This document shows, one piece after another, positions 27,390-36,837 of a stretch of 64,000 bases of DNA. Below the pieces are notes generated by a model. It ran no database searches. It was not told the DNA's origin and worked only from the letters and a program-made list of their open reading frames with translations. Within the stretch, counting starts at the first letter, position 1; each line of letters starts with the position of its first letter. The position numbers were made by a program, and so were the translations under genes. Source of the stretch: an uncultured Gemmobacter sp. (GTDB lineage: Bacteria; Pseudomonadota; Alphaproteobacteria; Rhodobacterales; Rhodobacteraceae); NCBI GenBank assembly GCA_964472135.1, contig CAYYJB010000001.1, forward strand, positions 67,944 to 131,943. Direction: 5' to 3'.

Positions 27390-28465
27390 TCGGCGGGTTG
27401 GCCGAGGGCCGCGGCGTGCAGATCCTCGCGATAGGGGCGCGCGGTCGGGGGCAGGTCGCGGCGCAGGAAGTAATCCTCGTTGCGCAGTTGCCGCTTCAGC
27501 GCGGGCCACATCTCGGCAAAGCCCGCCGCGATCGAGGGGGAGGGCGGGGGCAGGTCGTGGCGGATCGCGGCGTGCAGTTCTGGCAGGCGGTGATAGGGCA
27601 CCATCGGGAACATGTGGTGTTCGACGTGATAGTTCATGTTCCAGTAGATGAAGCGCGAGACGGGGTTCATGTAGACGGTGCGCGTGTTCAGCCGGTGGTC
27701 GAGCACGTTGTCGGCAAGCCCACCGTGCTGGAGGAGCCCCGTCATCACATGATGCCACGCGCCATAGAGCCGCGGCAGCCCGATGACCATGAGCGGCAGG
27801 ATCGACCCCATCCAGAGCGCCAGCCCGATCGTCGCGGCATAGATCGCGACCCAGACGCGCGCCACCAGCACGACCTTGGGCTGCTCGGCGGCGGGGATCC
27901 ACGTCGCCTCCTCGGGGTGGATGCGGCCCGAGGCGTTGTAGAGCATCCGCCCCCAGCCGTTCCAGGCATCGATGAGCCCGAAGAAATTCGCGATCAGCCG
28001 CAGAAATTCGGGCGGCCGCATGATCGCGATCTCGGGGTCGCGGCCGACGATGATGGTGTCGGTGTGGTGGCGGGCGTGGCTCCAGCGCCAGGCGACGGGG
28101 TTGCGCACGATGCAGAAGCTCGCGAAGTGGTACATCGCATCATTCATCCAGCGGGTGCGGAAGGCCGTGCCGTGGCCGCATTCGTGCCAGCGCGAATCCG
28201 ATGCCGAGCCATAGAGGACGCCATAGGCCAGCCAGAAGGGCGCCGACCACCACGACGGCCAGAGCGCGATTCCCACCCCCGCGAGCACGACCATCGCCCC
28301 GAGCAGGATCACGCTGTCGCGGATCGCCGGCCCGTCGCTGCGCTGCATCAGATCCTTCATGACCTTGCGCGGCACCTCGGTATGATACCATTCCGCCGCC
28401 GCAAGCCCGTTCTCGACCGCACGCTGCGCATCCGGCCCGTGCATCGAATAGTCGCGTCTTTTCAT
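27386..28465 (-). CDS. membrane di-iron fatty-acid-desaturase/alkane-hydroxylase-family oxygenase (MocD-like)
   Basis: 359 aa from ATG 28463-28465 (RBS GGAGGCG). Three His boxes: HECGH, HARHH, HVEHH. Confidence 0.88.
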   Translation of the reverse strand: MKRRDYSMHGPDAQRAVENGLAAAEWYHTEVPRKVMKDLMQRSDGPAIRDSVILLGAMVVLAGVGIALWPSWWSAPFWLAYGVLYGSASDSRWHECGHGTAFRTRWMNDAMYHFASFCIVRNPVAWRWSHARHHTDTIIVGRDPEIAIMRPPEFLRLIANFFGLIDAWNGWGRMLYNASGRIHPEEATWIPAAEQPKVVLVARVWVAIYAATIGLALWMGSILPLMVIGLPRLYGAWHHVMTGLLQHGGLADNVLDHRLNTRTVYMNPVSRFIYWNMNYHVEHHMFPMVPYHRLPELHAAIRHDLPPPSPSIAAGFAEMWPALKRQLRNEDYFLRRDLPPTARPYREDLHAAALGQPAE

Positions 28466-28551
28466 GGCGTCGCCTCCGTCATGCGAGGCCATAGTAGCGC
28501 GGATAGGCCCGCTAGACGAGAGTGCGCGCGCGTCCGGTACCGCCCTCGCGG

Positions 28552-29250
28552 TCAGATCAGGCCGACCCATCCCCGCGCGAGCGCCAGCCCGATCGCGTCG
28601 GCCTCGGCGCCCTCGCTCCGGGCGCGCCGGTCGTGGTTCGCGGCGAAATCGGGGTCCATGTCGGCAATGGCCGCGGGAAAGCAGCGCAACCAGTCGGCCA
28701 TCACGGCCCGATTCGCCTCGAAATGGAACTGGAACCCGTAGCCGGCGCGCCCGACCCGATAGGCCTGCACCTCGGCCCTGTCCGACCGCGCGAGATGCGC
28801 CGCCCCCGGCGGCAGGCTGAACGTGTCGCTGTGCCACTGCGGCGCAAGGAAACGCCCGGTAGGTAGGGCGCCGAGGATCGGGTCGTCCGCCCCGTCGCCG
28901 CAGCGCTCGACCCGGCACCAGCCGAATTCGCGCGCAACGCCGAGCCTGTTCTGCGCCCCGAGGCCGCGCGCGAGGATCTGGCTGCCGAGGCAGATCCCGA
29001 GCACCGCGACATCGGCGCGCGCCGCCGCGGCCATCCGCCGGGCAAGCTCGGGGATGTAGGGGTGCTCGGCATCGTCAAGCGCCGACTGCTCGCCGCCAAA
29101 GACCACGAGCGCGTCGTGCCCTCCCGCCTCGGGCAGGCGCCCGTCAGCGAAGGGGCGGAAGATCTCGATCCGCGCGCCCGCTTCGTTGAGGGCGACGCCC
29201 ACCTGCCCGTGATGCGTGAGCGGCGAGTTCTCGACAATCGCGACATGCAT
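28552..29250 (-). CDS. class I glutamine amidotransferase-like protein
   Basis: 232 aa from ATG 29248-29250. Nucleophile elbow GICLGSQ and a downstream FHFE motif. Confidence 0.8.
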   Translation of the reverse strand: MHVAIVENSPLTHHGQVGVALNEAGARIEIFRPFADGRLPEAGGHDALVVFGGEQSALDDAEHPYIPELARRMAAAARADVAVLGICLGSQILARGLGAQNRLGVAREFGWCRVERCGDGADDPILGALPTGRFLAPQWHSDTFSLPPGAAHLARSDRAEVQAYRVGRAGYGFQFHFEANRAVMADWLRCFPAAIADMDPDFAANHDRRARSEGAEADAIGLALARGWVGLI

Positions 29251-29286
29251 GGCAGCCTCCGTTGGGCACGTCGGGGCGGAAATGGA

Positions 29287-29314
29287 ACGGGCGCGCATTT
29301 GCACGCGCGCCCGT
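29287..29314 (-). terminator. stem-loop terminator candidate after the cytochrome c gene
   Basis: 10-bp stem (AACGGGCGCGC...GCGCGCCCGTT core) with an 8-nt loop, 26 nt after the stop at 29340. Followed on the minus strand by TTCCATTTCC. Confidence 0.5.
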
Positions 29315-29339
29315 CCGCCGCAAGAGGGCAGCGCGCCCC

Positions 29340-30689
29340 TCAGTGGCCGCCGGCCGCCCGATGCGCCAGATCGGCGCGCGTTTCGGCAATGCGCTTGGCG
29401 ACGAGGTCCGCCGGCCACGCCGGCCGGTCGGTGAAGCGCGCGCGCATGAAGGCCGCGAGGGCCGCCATCTCGCTGTCCGAGATCTGGTTGGCGCGGCCGG
29501 GCATCGCGCGGTCGAGCGACCCGAGCGGGCCGGGGGTGTTGCCCTCGAAGGTGATGCGCACGAGGTTTGCCGGCTCATCCGACCAGATGCTGGTGCCAAG
29601 GCCGAGCGGGCTCGGCAGGCCGCCCGCCTTGTGGCAGGTCGCGCACTGCGCCTCGAAGATGCGCGCGCCCTCGGCCATCTGTTCGCCTTCGGGCACGGGC
29701 GGCGCCTCGGGGTGGCCCCATTCGGCCTTGTCGGCGCGCGCGCGCGCCTCGGCCACGATCGCATCCTGCTCGGCCGCGGGCTTCTCGCCACCCTTGAGGT
29801 GCATGATGTAGGCCGCGATCGCGAAGACATCGTCCTCGGACTGCTCATAGAGGTCGTTGACGACGGGCTTCATCGGCCCCGCGACGATGCCGTGGTCGCG
29901 GTCCCAGCCGTCGATGAGGTAATTCACGAGCGCGATCTCGGTCCAAGGGATCGGCGCGGTCGTGGCGGCTGTCAGGGGCGGCGCATACCAGCCCTCGGCA
30001 TAGCCGCCCGCATAGGCATCGGGCCCCGATTTCGGCGCGGCACCCATCGCGTTGCGCGGCGTGTGGCAGGCCCCGCAATGGCCGAGGCCCTCGACGATGT
30101 AGGCGCCGCGGTTCCAGGTTTCCGATTGTGCGGGGTCGGGCTCAAACACACCCGCTTCCAGATGCAGGATGTTCCAGCCCTCCATCAGCGGGCGGAAGCC
30201 GAAGGGGAAGGGCAGCGCGGTCTCGGGGGCGGGGGTCGCGACGGCGGGCCGTGTCATCAGATAGGCATAGAGAGCCTCGAGATCGGCGTCGGTCACCTTG
30301 GCATAATAGTCGTAAGGGAAGGCGGGATAGAGGTGCGTTCCATCGCGCGAGATCCCTTCGCGCATGGCGCGGACGAAGGCCTCCAGCGGCCACGACCCGA
30401 TCCCCGCGACTGGGTCGGGGGTGATGTTCGAGGTGTAGATCGTGCCGAAGGGGGTGGGCAGCGCGAGGCCGCCGGCATATTCCGCCCCGCTCGCCGCGGT
30501 GTGGCAGACGTGGCAGTTGCCGAGCCCCGCGACGATCGCGCCCTGCTCGATCAGCGCGCCGTCGAAACTGGCCGGATCGGGCGGGGCGATGGCGGCAATC
30601 TCGCCGTGGCGGGTAGCAAAGGCATAGGCGCCGGCCGCCCCCACGAGGGCGGCACCGACAAGGGTGAGGGCGATCGACTTCAGCGACAT
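29340..30689 (-). CDS. tri-haem cytochrome c subunit of a membrane-associated molybdenum dehydrogenase
   Basis: 449 aa. N-terminal TM/signal segment. Three CxxCH motifs (CHVCH, CGACH, CATCH). Confidence 0.9.
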   Translation of the reverse strand: MSLKSIALTLVGAALVGAAGAYAFATRHGEIAAIAPPDPASFDGALIEQGAIVAGLGNCHVCHTAASGAEYAGGLALPTPFGTIYTSNITPDPVAGIGSWPLEAFVRAMREGISRDGTHLYPAFPYDYYAKVTDADLEALYAYLMTRPAVATPAPETALPFPFGFRPLMEGWNILHLEAGVFEPDPAQSETWNRGAYIVEGLGHCGACHTPRNAMGAAPKSGPDAYAGGYAEGWYAPPLTAATTAPIPWTEIALVNYLIDGWDRDHGIVAGPMKPVVNDLYEQSEDDVFAIAAYIMHLKGGEKPAAEQDAIVAEARARADKAEWGHPEAPPVPEGEQMAEGARIFEAQCATCHKAGGLPSPLGLGTSIWSDEPANLVRITFEGNTPGPLGSLDRAMPGRANQISDSEMAALAAFMRARFTDRPAWPADLVAKRIAETRADLAHRAAGGH

Positions 30690-30759
30690 CTTGATTCCGT
30701 TGTCTTGCGATGGGTGCCCGGTGCGGATGTGCGCCGGGGCAGGGCGTATCAGGACATGG

Positions 30760-30789
30760 CACGGCCGGGCAGTCGCCTGCCCGGCCGTG
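30760..30789 (-). other. intercistronic 13-bp GC stem-loop between the IorB-like gene and the cytochrome c gene
   Basis: CACGGCCGGGCAG-TCGC-CTGCCCGGCCGTG, perfect stem. No T-run follows on the minus strand. Confidence 0.5.
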
Positions 30790-30802
30790 GATGTCTGTCA
30801 GA

Positions 30803-32995
30803 TCATGACCAGCTGAGATCGTGCTGGATGATCGGGGTCGAGCGGACGCGCTTGCCCGTCGCGAAGAAGATCGCGTTCGCGAGCGCGGGCGGCGCGGGCG
30901 GGCAGGCCGTCTCGCCGAAGCCGCCCCACCACTGGTCCTCCGAGTTGGCGTAGATCGTCTCGACCACCGGCATGTCGGGCAGGCGCATCAACTTGTAGTT
31001 GTCGAAGTTGACGTTCTGGATCCGACCGCCCTGCACCCGCAGCCCGCCATAGAGGACGTGGCTGAATTCCCACGCCACGGAGCCAAACATTTGCTCTTCG
31101 GCGTTGCGCGGATTGAGGACGTAGCCCGAGTTCGAGATGAGCTGCACCTTCTCGATGAAGAGGGCGCCGCGGCGGCTGACTTCGACCGTGACGCAGGCGC
31201 CGACCGTCGAGCCGTGCGATTCGACGACCGCGATCCCCATGCCCCGACCCTTGGGCAGGTCGGTGGTGAAGCCGCAGACCTCCTTCATCTTGAGAAGGAC
31301 GCGCTGCCAGCGCTCGTTGCCCTCGGTCATCTTGATCCGCCACTCGAGCGGATCCCAGCCACCGGCGAGTGCGACCTCGTCGATGTACTGCTCGAGGCCG
31401 AAGGCGTTCGAGTTGTTGCCAGGGGCACGGTTCGGCCCGATCGGGATGTTGGTCGGGACGATCGCCCGCTCATAGCGGAAGTTCGGCACCATGTAGGGAT
31501 GGTTGAGGTTGCCCCGGTCGGCATAGGCGGGGTTCTTTTCCTCGCCCACGGCGCGAATGAGCATCCCCGTCGGCAGGCCGTCCTCACCAAGCGTGGTGAT
31601 GCCGCGCGACCAGACCGGCGGACGGGTCCGGGCCTGGGTCGTGTCCTCTTCGCGCGTCCAGATGACCTTGACGGGGCGGCCGATCTGCTTGGCGATCTCG
31701 ACAGCCTGGCGCGTCACATCAACCGCGTTGCCCTGGCCGAAGGCGCCGCCCTGGAAGGTGCCGTGGACGTAGCAGTTCTGCGGATCGATCCCGGACTGGT
31801 CCGCCGCGAGCAGAAGCGAGGCGGCGACGTTCTGGGTGAAGGACCACAGATCGACCCGCGGCGCGAGCGGCCCGGTCGTCTGCACATGTGCGACCGCTGA
31901 GGGCGGGCACATGGAGGCGTGGCACTCGTAGGGGCGGTGGTAGTCGCCGACGACGACCTTGTCGCCCGCCGCCTCGAGCAGCGGCAGAGGATCGCCGCGG
32001 ACGGCCTCGAAATGCTCGGCAGGCTTGCCGAGAAGTTCACGCGCCGCCGCATCCATCCCTTCGGTCGAATACTGCACGCCCGCGCCGAAGTCCCATTCCA
32101 CCGGCATGAGGTCGAGCGCCGTCTTGGCCCGGTAGAAGCTGTCGGCCACGACCGCGATCGCGCTGCGCATGTCGGCGTTGGCGAGCTTTTCCTTGACCTG
32201 CTTGAGTTCCACCGCGGCGATGACGCCGGGACGGTCCTTGATCGCGTCGAAGTTGAAGCTCTTCAGCACCCCGCCCGGAACCGGGCAGGCGCGGACCGCG
32301 GCATAGACCATGCCCTCGAGCCGCACGTCGATCGGATAGATCGCCGAGCCGTTGACCTTGGGCGCGACGTCCATGCGCGGCACCGAGGTGCCGACCAGCC
32401 ACCAGTCGCCATAGGCCTTGATCGAGGGTTCGGCATCAAGCTTGACCTTCGCGGCATCGGCCGCGAATTCGCCATAGGTCGCGGTGTTGGTGCCGGCCGT
32501 CAGCACGCCCTGCTCGGCCTTGACCTCGTCGCGGGTCACCTTCCACTTCTTCGCCGCCGCCTCGCGCAGACGCTCGCGCGCCGAGGCGCCGGCCTGCATG
32601 ATGTGCGGATGGCGGTTGCGCACGAGGTTCGAGCCGCCCGTCGACATGTTGACGTAGACTTCGCCCTGCGTGACGTGGCGGTTGGCATCCGCGAGCACGG
32701 TGCGCATGTTCGCCCACGGCACGTTGAGTTCCTCGGCGATCATCATCGCGACCGAGGTGAGCGCGCCCTGGCCCATCTCGGTGTGGGGGCAGCGCACCGT
32801 CACGATGCTGTTCTTGTCGATCGTGAGCCAGGCGTTGATCTCGGCGCCGCCCGCGGGGTCCTTCCATGCCTCGGGCAGCACGCCTTCGGCCATCACCTTG
32901 GGAACGCCCGGGATCACGAAACCGAGGATCATGCCGCCACCCGCGGCGACCGCGGTGCGGATGAAGCTCCTGCGGCTAAGGGTCATCTCGTTCAT
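30803..32995 (-). CDS. xanthine dehydrogenase-family molybdopterin-binding subunit (IorB / aldehyde dehydrogenase large subunit-like), Tat-exported
   Basis: 730 aa from ATG 32993-32995. Tat signal LSRRSFIRTAVAAGGG. Confidence 0.9.
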   Translation of the reverse strand: MNEMTLSRRSFIRTAVAAGGGMILGFVIPGVPKVMAEGVLPEAWKDPAGGAEINAWLTIDKNSIVTVRCPHTEMGQGALTSVAMMIAEELNVPWANMRTVLADANRHVTQGEVYVNMSTGGSNLVRNRHPHIMQAGASARERLREAAAKKWKVTRDEVKAEQGVLTAGTNTATYGEFAADAAKVKLDAEPSIKAYGDWWLVGTSVPRMDVAPKVNGSAIYPIDVRLEGMVYAAVRACPVPGGVLKSFNFDAIKDRPGVIAAVELKQVKEKLANADMRSAIAVVADSFYRAKTALDLMPVEWDFGAGVQYSTEGMDAAARELLGKPAEHFEAVRGDPLPLLEAAGDKVVVGDYHRPYECHASMCPPSAVAHVQTTGPLAPRVDLWSFTQNVAASLLLAADQSGIDPQNCYVHGTFQGGAFGQGNAVDVTRQAVEIAKQIGRPVKVIWTREEDTTQARTRPPVWSRGITTLGEDGLPTGMLIRAVGEEKNPAYADRGNLNHPYMVPNFRYERAIVPTNIPIGPNRAPGNNSNAFGLEQYIDEVALAGGWDPLEWRIKMTEGNERWQRVLLKMKEVCGFTTDLPKGRGMGIAVVESHGSTVGACVTVEVSRRGALFIEKVQLISNSGYVLNPRNAEEQMFGSVAWEFSHVLYGGLRVQGGRIQNVNFDNYKLMRLPDMPVVETIYANSEDQWWGGFGETACPPAPPALANAIFFATGKRVRSTPIIQHDLSWS

Positions 32996-33012
32996 TTGCG
33001 TTTCTCCCTCGC

Positions 33013-33468
33013 TCAGCCCATGGCCGCGGCGTCGTGGATCGCCTTGCGGATCGCCGGATAGGTGCCGCAACGGCAGAGGTTCCCGGCCATCGCCGCGTCG
33101 ATCTCGCGGTCGGTGGGGGCGGGGGTGGTGGCCAAGAGCGCCGCCGCGGACATGATCTGTCCGGACTGGCAATAGCCGCACTGGGGCACGGTGTTCTCGA
33201 CCCAGGCCTTCTGGACCTTGTGGCTTCCGTCGGGCGAGAGGCCCTCGATCGTGGTGATCGTCTTGCCGGCGACGCTCGCCGCGCTGACGTTGCAGGATTT
33301 GACCGCCACGCCATCGACATGGACGGTGCAGGCGCCGCACTGGGCGATGCCGCAGCCGTATTTCGTTCCGGTCAGGCCGATCGTGTCGCGCAGGACCCAC
33401 AGGAGCGGCGTCTCTGCCTCCACGTCGATATCGTGGCTCGCGCCATTCACGTTAAGTGTAAAACTCAT
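33013..33468 (-). CDS. (2Fe-2S)-binding subunit (IorA-like)
   Basis: 151 aa. Motifs [11 protein letters not shown] and CGYCQSG...CRCGTY. RBS GAGGGAGAAGG. Confidence 0.93.
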   Translation of the reverse strand: MSFTLNVNGASHDIDVEAETPLLWVLRDTIGLTGTKYGCGIAQCGACTVHVDGVAVKSCNVSAASVAGKTITTIEGLSPDGSHKVQKAWVENTVPQCGYCQSGQIMSAAALLATTPAPTDREIDAAMAGNLCRCGTYPAIRKAIHDAAAMG

Positions 33469-33487
33469 TGAACCTTCTCCCTCATGA

Positions 33488-33519
33488 GTTCCGCAAAGGG
33501 GTATCGCCCTGTTCCGCAA
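33488..33519 (-). repeat. direct repeat TTGCGGAAC x2 (23-nt period) just upstream of the iorA-like RBS
   Basis: GTTCCGCAA at 33488-33496 and 33511-33519 on the plus strand. The proximal copy ends 19 nt before the start codon. Confidence 0.6.
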
Positions 33520-33703
33520 CGTTGGGCCTTCGGGGCCTTCTGGCGGGCCTTGTGGCGACACGCGGGACGGTGCCCGCGACGCGGAGCCTGCGACTGGCCC
33601 GAAAAAAACTCAAGCGCTATTTGCTGTTCGCGAGCGTGGGGCGCGGACCCTGGGTGTGGCGAGATGACGCATATGTGCGCCGTGTCGACAGATCGGCGCC
33701 CTA

Positions 33704-34564
33704 TCAGCCGACGATGAGCGCCGCCTCGGCGCGATAGGTCGGGCCGGTCATGTCGAACCACTTGAAATCGATGGGGCCCGAGGAGGCGGCGCGCAGATGG
33801 AAGAGGAAATAGGGGTTGGTCGCCATCGCGGGATAGAGCCGCGCCTTGAAGAATTCGACGCCACCCTGCCGGGCGCCGAAGCTCGAGATGATGCGCTGGC
33901 GCACCCATTCGTCGGTGGCACTCTTGCGCAGCCCCGTCTCCATCGGATGCGAGATGACGGCGCGCACCGGCACCAACTCTCCCTTCGCGGCATGCGGCTG
34001 CACGCTTACGCGCGCCTCGGGCCGAAAGGCGAAGACATCGTCGTTCGAACCCGATCCGATCTGCGCGCAGGCGCCGAAGCTGACCGACACCTCGCGATCG
34101 GTCCGCAGATGGCGCCCGTCGCGCATCTGCGCCACCAGCGTCACGCGTTGCGTCTGCTCAAGGCGTATCCGCGTCGTGACCTCGGCCCGGCCCGACTCGG
34201 GCGTGAACCAGACCGAAAGGATCTGCGGCGTCGGGTTCCCGTGCGCAACGAGGTGCACGACCGTCGGACAGTCCTCGGGCGTCATCTGCGCGTCGATGCG
34301 GATCGTGCAGGGCACGGAACCGCCCGTATCGACATGGTCGGGCAGATCGAGATGCAGCCCCGTCTGTTCGAAGACGACCCCGCGGCCGAAATTCGCCTCG
34401 ATCACCGTCTCGGCGTCGCGCCAGACCGAATCGAACCCCTCGAGGTCGGTGACCCCCTGATTGGCCCGCAGCAGGCCGGGCGCCGAGAGTGTCGCCACAC
34501 CGGCGGCTGCGAGGCGCAGAAATTTCCGGCGCGCGAGGCGGCGGAGCGCAGGGGTCTGAGGCAT
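33704..34564 (-). CDS. soxYZ: fused SoxY-SoxZ sulfur-carrier protein, Tat signal
   Basis: 286 aa from ATG 34562-34564. Tat motif ARRKFLRLAAAG. SoxY-like domain ending VSVSFGACAQ, a Gly/Ser linker, then a SoxZ-like domain (VISHPMETGLRK...NPYFLFHL). Confidence 0.85.
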   Translation of the reverse strand: MPQTPALRRLARRKFLRLAAAGVATLSAPGLLRANQGVTDLEGFDSVWRDAETVIEANFGRGVVFEQTGLHLDLPDHVDTGGSVPCTIRIDAQMTPEDCPTVVHLVAHGNPTPQILSVWFTPESGRAEVTTRIRLEQTQRVTLVAQMRDGRHLRTDREVSVSFGACAQIGSGSNDDVFAFRPEARVSVQPHAAKGELVPVRAVISHPMETGLRKSATDEWVRQRIISSFGARQGGVEFFKARLYPAMATNPYFLFHLRAASSGPIDFKWFDMTGPTYRAEAALIVG

Positions 34565-34804
34565 CTGTCGGTCCTCGGCAGCGGCGCCGAAGAGGCTGCG
34601 CCGGCCCAAGGCCCGCACCGCCGCCTCGGCGACCAGCGTCAGCCTAGGGCGCATCCCCAGCACGATGCAAGGCGGCAGAATGGCTTGCCTGCCTGCGGCC
34701 GAACAGCCCACTTCCTTCGCGGCATGAGCTGCGCTAGCGTGCGCGTCAAGCGGCGGCGCCCCGGCGTGCGCGGGGCGCGCGCCTTCTGCCGCGACGGAGG
34801 GGTC

Positions 34805-35107
34805 ATGGCTGCGATCGGTTGGGGGGCGACACTCGGGCTTGTGTTGACATTTCATGCCTTCCCGGCGCTGGCCGAGGATGCGCGCGGGGCGATCCTCGCG
34901 GGGTCGTGCGCGGCTTGTCACGGCCCCGAGGGGCGCAGCCCGGGGGCGATTCCCGCGATCGACGGGTTGCCCGCCGAAGACATGGCGCGGCTGCTTGGCG
35001 AATACCGCAGCGGCGCCCTGGCGGGAACCGTGATGAACCGCATCGCCCGAGGCTTTACCGATGACGAGATCGCGGCCATCGCGGCCCATCTCGGCGATCG
35101 GCGCTGA
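34805..35107 (+). CDS. fccA: mono-haem cytochrome c (flavocytochrome c sulfide dehydrogenase small subunit, FccA/SoxE-like)
   Basis: 100 aa. Signal peptide, single CAACH. RBS GGAGGGG. An in-frame ATG at 34724 is an alternative start. Confidence 0.8.
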   Translation: MAAIGWGATLGLVLTFHAFPALAEDARGAILAGSCAACHGPEGRSPGAIPAIDGLPAEDMARLLGEYRSGALAGTVMNRIARGFTDDEIAAIAAHLGDRR

Positions 35108-35117
35108 GGGGGGCGCG

Positions 35118-36392
35118 ATGAGCGGATCCGCGATCGACCGCCGCAGCCTGATCGGCATCGCGCTTGCGTCCCCCTTCGTTCTCGGGCACCCCGCCAGAGG
35201 GGCAGCCGGCGCGCGCGTGGCGGTCGTGGGGGCAGGCTTCGCTGGGGCGAGCTTCGCGCGCACCCTGCGCCTGATCGCCCCCGAGATCTCGGTCGTTCTG
35301 ATCGAACCGGCCGCCTCGATCGTCACCTGCCCGTTCAGCAACCTCGTGATCGCCGGCATGGCAGAGATCGGTGCCGTCACCCACGGCCTCGACGGCCTGC
35401 GCGCCGCAGGGATCGAGGTGGTTCAGGATCGGGTGGTGGGGGCCGATCCAGGGCAGGGTCGGCTGACGCTCGCGGGCGGAGGCGAGGTCGGCTTTGACCG
35501 TCTCGTGGTCGCGCCCGGGATCGAGCTGCGCCTTGACGCGATCGAGGGCTATGACGCGAGCGCCGCAGAGACGATGCCCCATGCCTGGAAGGCGGGGCCG
35601 CAGACGCTGAATCTGCGCGACCGCCTGCGCGCCATGCCCGACGGCGGCACGGTGCTGATCGCGGTTCCCGCCAACCCCTACCGCTGTCCGCCCGGGCCCT
35701 ACGAACGCGCCAGCCTGATCGCGCATTACCTCAAGACCGAAAAGCCGCGATCGAAGCTGCTCGTGGTCGACGGCAAGGACAGCTTTTCCAAGCAGGGCCT
35801 TTTTCTCGATGGCTGGGCGGAACTTTATGGCGGCCTTGTCGAGTGGATCCCAGTCTCGCAGGCTGGATCGCTCATGGGCGTCGATGCGGGCTCGGGCGAG
35901 ATCCGTACCGAGTTCGCCCGTTTCAATGCCGATGTCGCCAACATCATCCCGCCCCAGAAGGCGGGCGCGATCGCGCAGTCTCTGGGCCTCGCGGGCGAGG
36001 GGGGGTGGTGCGCCATCGATCCGCTCAGCTTCGAATCGTCCCTCGTTCCGGGGGTGCATGTGCTGGGCGATGCCATCGTCGCCGGCGCCATGCCCAAGTC
36101 GGGCTTCGCGGCATCGAGCCAGGGCAAGGCCTGCGCGCACGCGCTTGCGGCAATCCTGGGCGGGCGCGCGCCCGAGGCCCCCTCGTTCATCAACACCTGC
36201 TACAGCCTGGTCGGGCCTGATTACGGCATTTCGGTCGCCGACGTCTTCAGGGTGGGCGCCTCGGGCAAGATCGAGGCCATCGAGGGGGCGGGCGGCACCA
36301 GTCCGCGGGGCGTGGATCCGGGCCTGCGCAGCGCCGAGGCCAGTTACGCACATGGATGGTATGCGAGCATCACCGCCGATATCTGGGGCTGA
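35118..36392 (+). CDS. fccB: flavocytochrome c sulfide dehydrogenase flavoprotein subunit (FccB/SoxF)
   Basis: 424 aa. Tat motif DRRSLIG. VAVVGAGFAGASFA FAD fold. Motifs YRCPPGPYERASLIA, NIIPPQKAG and MPKSGFAASSQGKACA. Confidence 0.92.
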   Translation: MSGSAIDRRSLIGIALASPFVLGHPARGAAGARVAVVGAGFAGASFARTLRLIAPEISVVLIEPAASIVTCPFSNLVIAGMAEIGAVTHGLDGLRAAGIEVVQDRVVGADPGQGRLTLAGGGEVGFDRLVVAPGIELRLDAIEGYDASAAETMPHAWKAGPQTLNLRDRLRAMPDGGTVLIAVPANPYRCPPGPYERASLIAHYLKTEKPRSKLLVVDGKDSFSKQGLFLDGWAELYGGLVEWIPVSQAGSLMGVDAGSGEIRTEFARFNADVANIIPPQKAGAIAQSLGLAGEGGWCAIDPLSFESSLVPGVHVLGDAIVAGAMPKSGFAASSQGKACAHALAAILGGRAPEAPSFINTCYSLVGPDYGISVADVFRVGASGKIEAIEGAGGTSPRGVDPGLRSAEASYAHGWYASITADIWG

Positions 36393-36837
36393 GGCCGCCC
36401 CGGCCGCCCCGGCCGCGGCGCGCCGGGTCGTGCTCGGGCTGATCGTTGCCCTCGGGACGGGGGCCGCGGGCGCGGCGCTGGGCATACCCGAGCCGCTCAC
36501 AGCCGAACCCGGCAACCCGGATCGCGGGCGACTGATCGTGCGCGACCTCTCGGCGGCGTCCTGCCTCATCTGCCACGCCATGCCGATCCCCGAAGAGCCT
36601 GACCATGGCGACATCGGGCCGCCGCTCCATGGGGTCGGCGCCCGGCTGACCCCGGCCGAGTTGCGCGAGCGGCTGGTCGATCCCAAGGCCCTCAACCCCG
36701 ACACCGTGATGCCCTCCTATTTCCGGACAGAGGGGCTGAAGGACGTGCTCATGCGCTATCGCGGCCGTACGATCTATTCGGCCCAGCAGGTCGAGGACGT
36801 GGTCGCCTATCTCTCGACGCTGACCGAGGCGCCGTGA
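36361..36837 (+). CDS. soxX: SoxX mono-haem cytochrome c (start uncertain: ATG 36352/36361 or GTG 36430)
   Basis: CLICH haem motif and DTVMPSYF. Overlaps the fccB 3' end in another frame. Its TGA overlaps the soxA start (GTGATG). Confidence 0.8.
   Translation: MRASPPISGAEAAPAAPAAARRVVLGLIVALGTGAAGAALGIPEPLTAEPGNPDRGRLIVRDLSAASCLICHAMPIPEEPDHGDIGPPLHGVGARLTPAELRERLVDPKALNPDTVMPSYFRTEGLKDVLMRYRGRTIYSAQQVEDVVAYLSTLTEAP

Noticed and set aside
33484-33717. 77-aa plus-strand ORF in the iorA/soxYZ intergenic region
   Set aside because: Cys/Arg/Trp-rich translation, no RBS, and it overlaps the promoter/repeat region of the ior-type operon. Judged non-coding.
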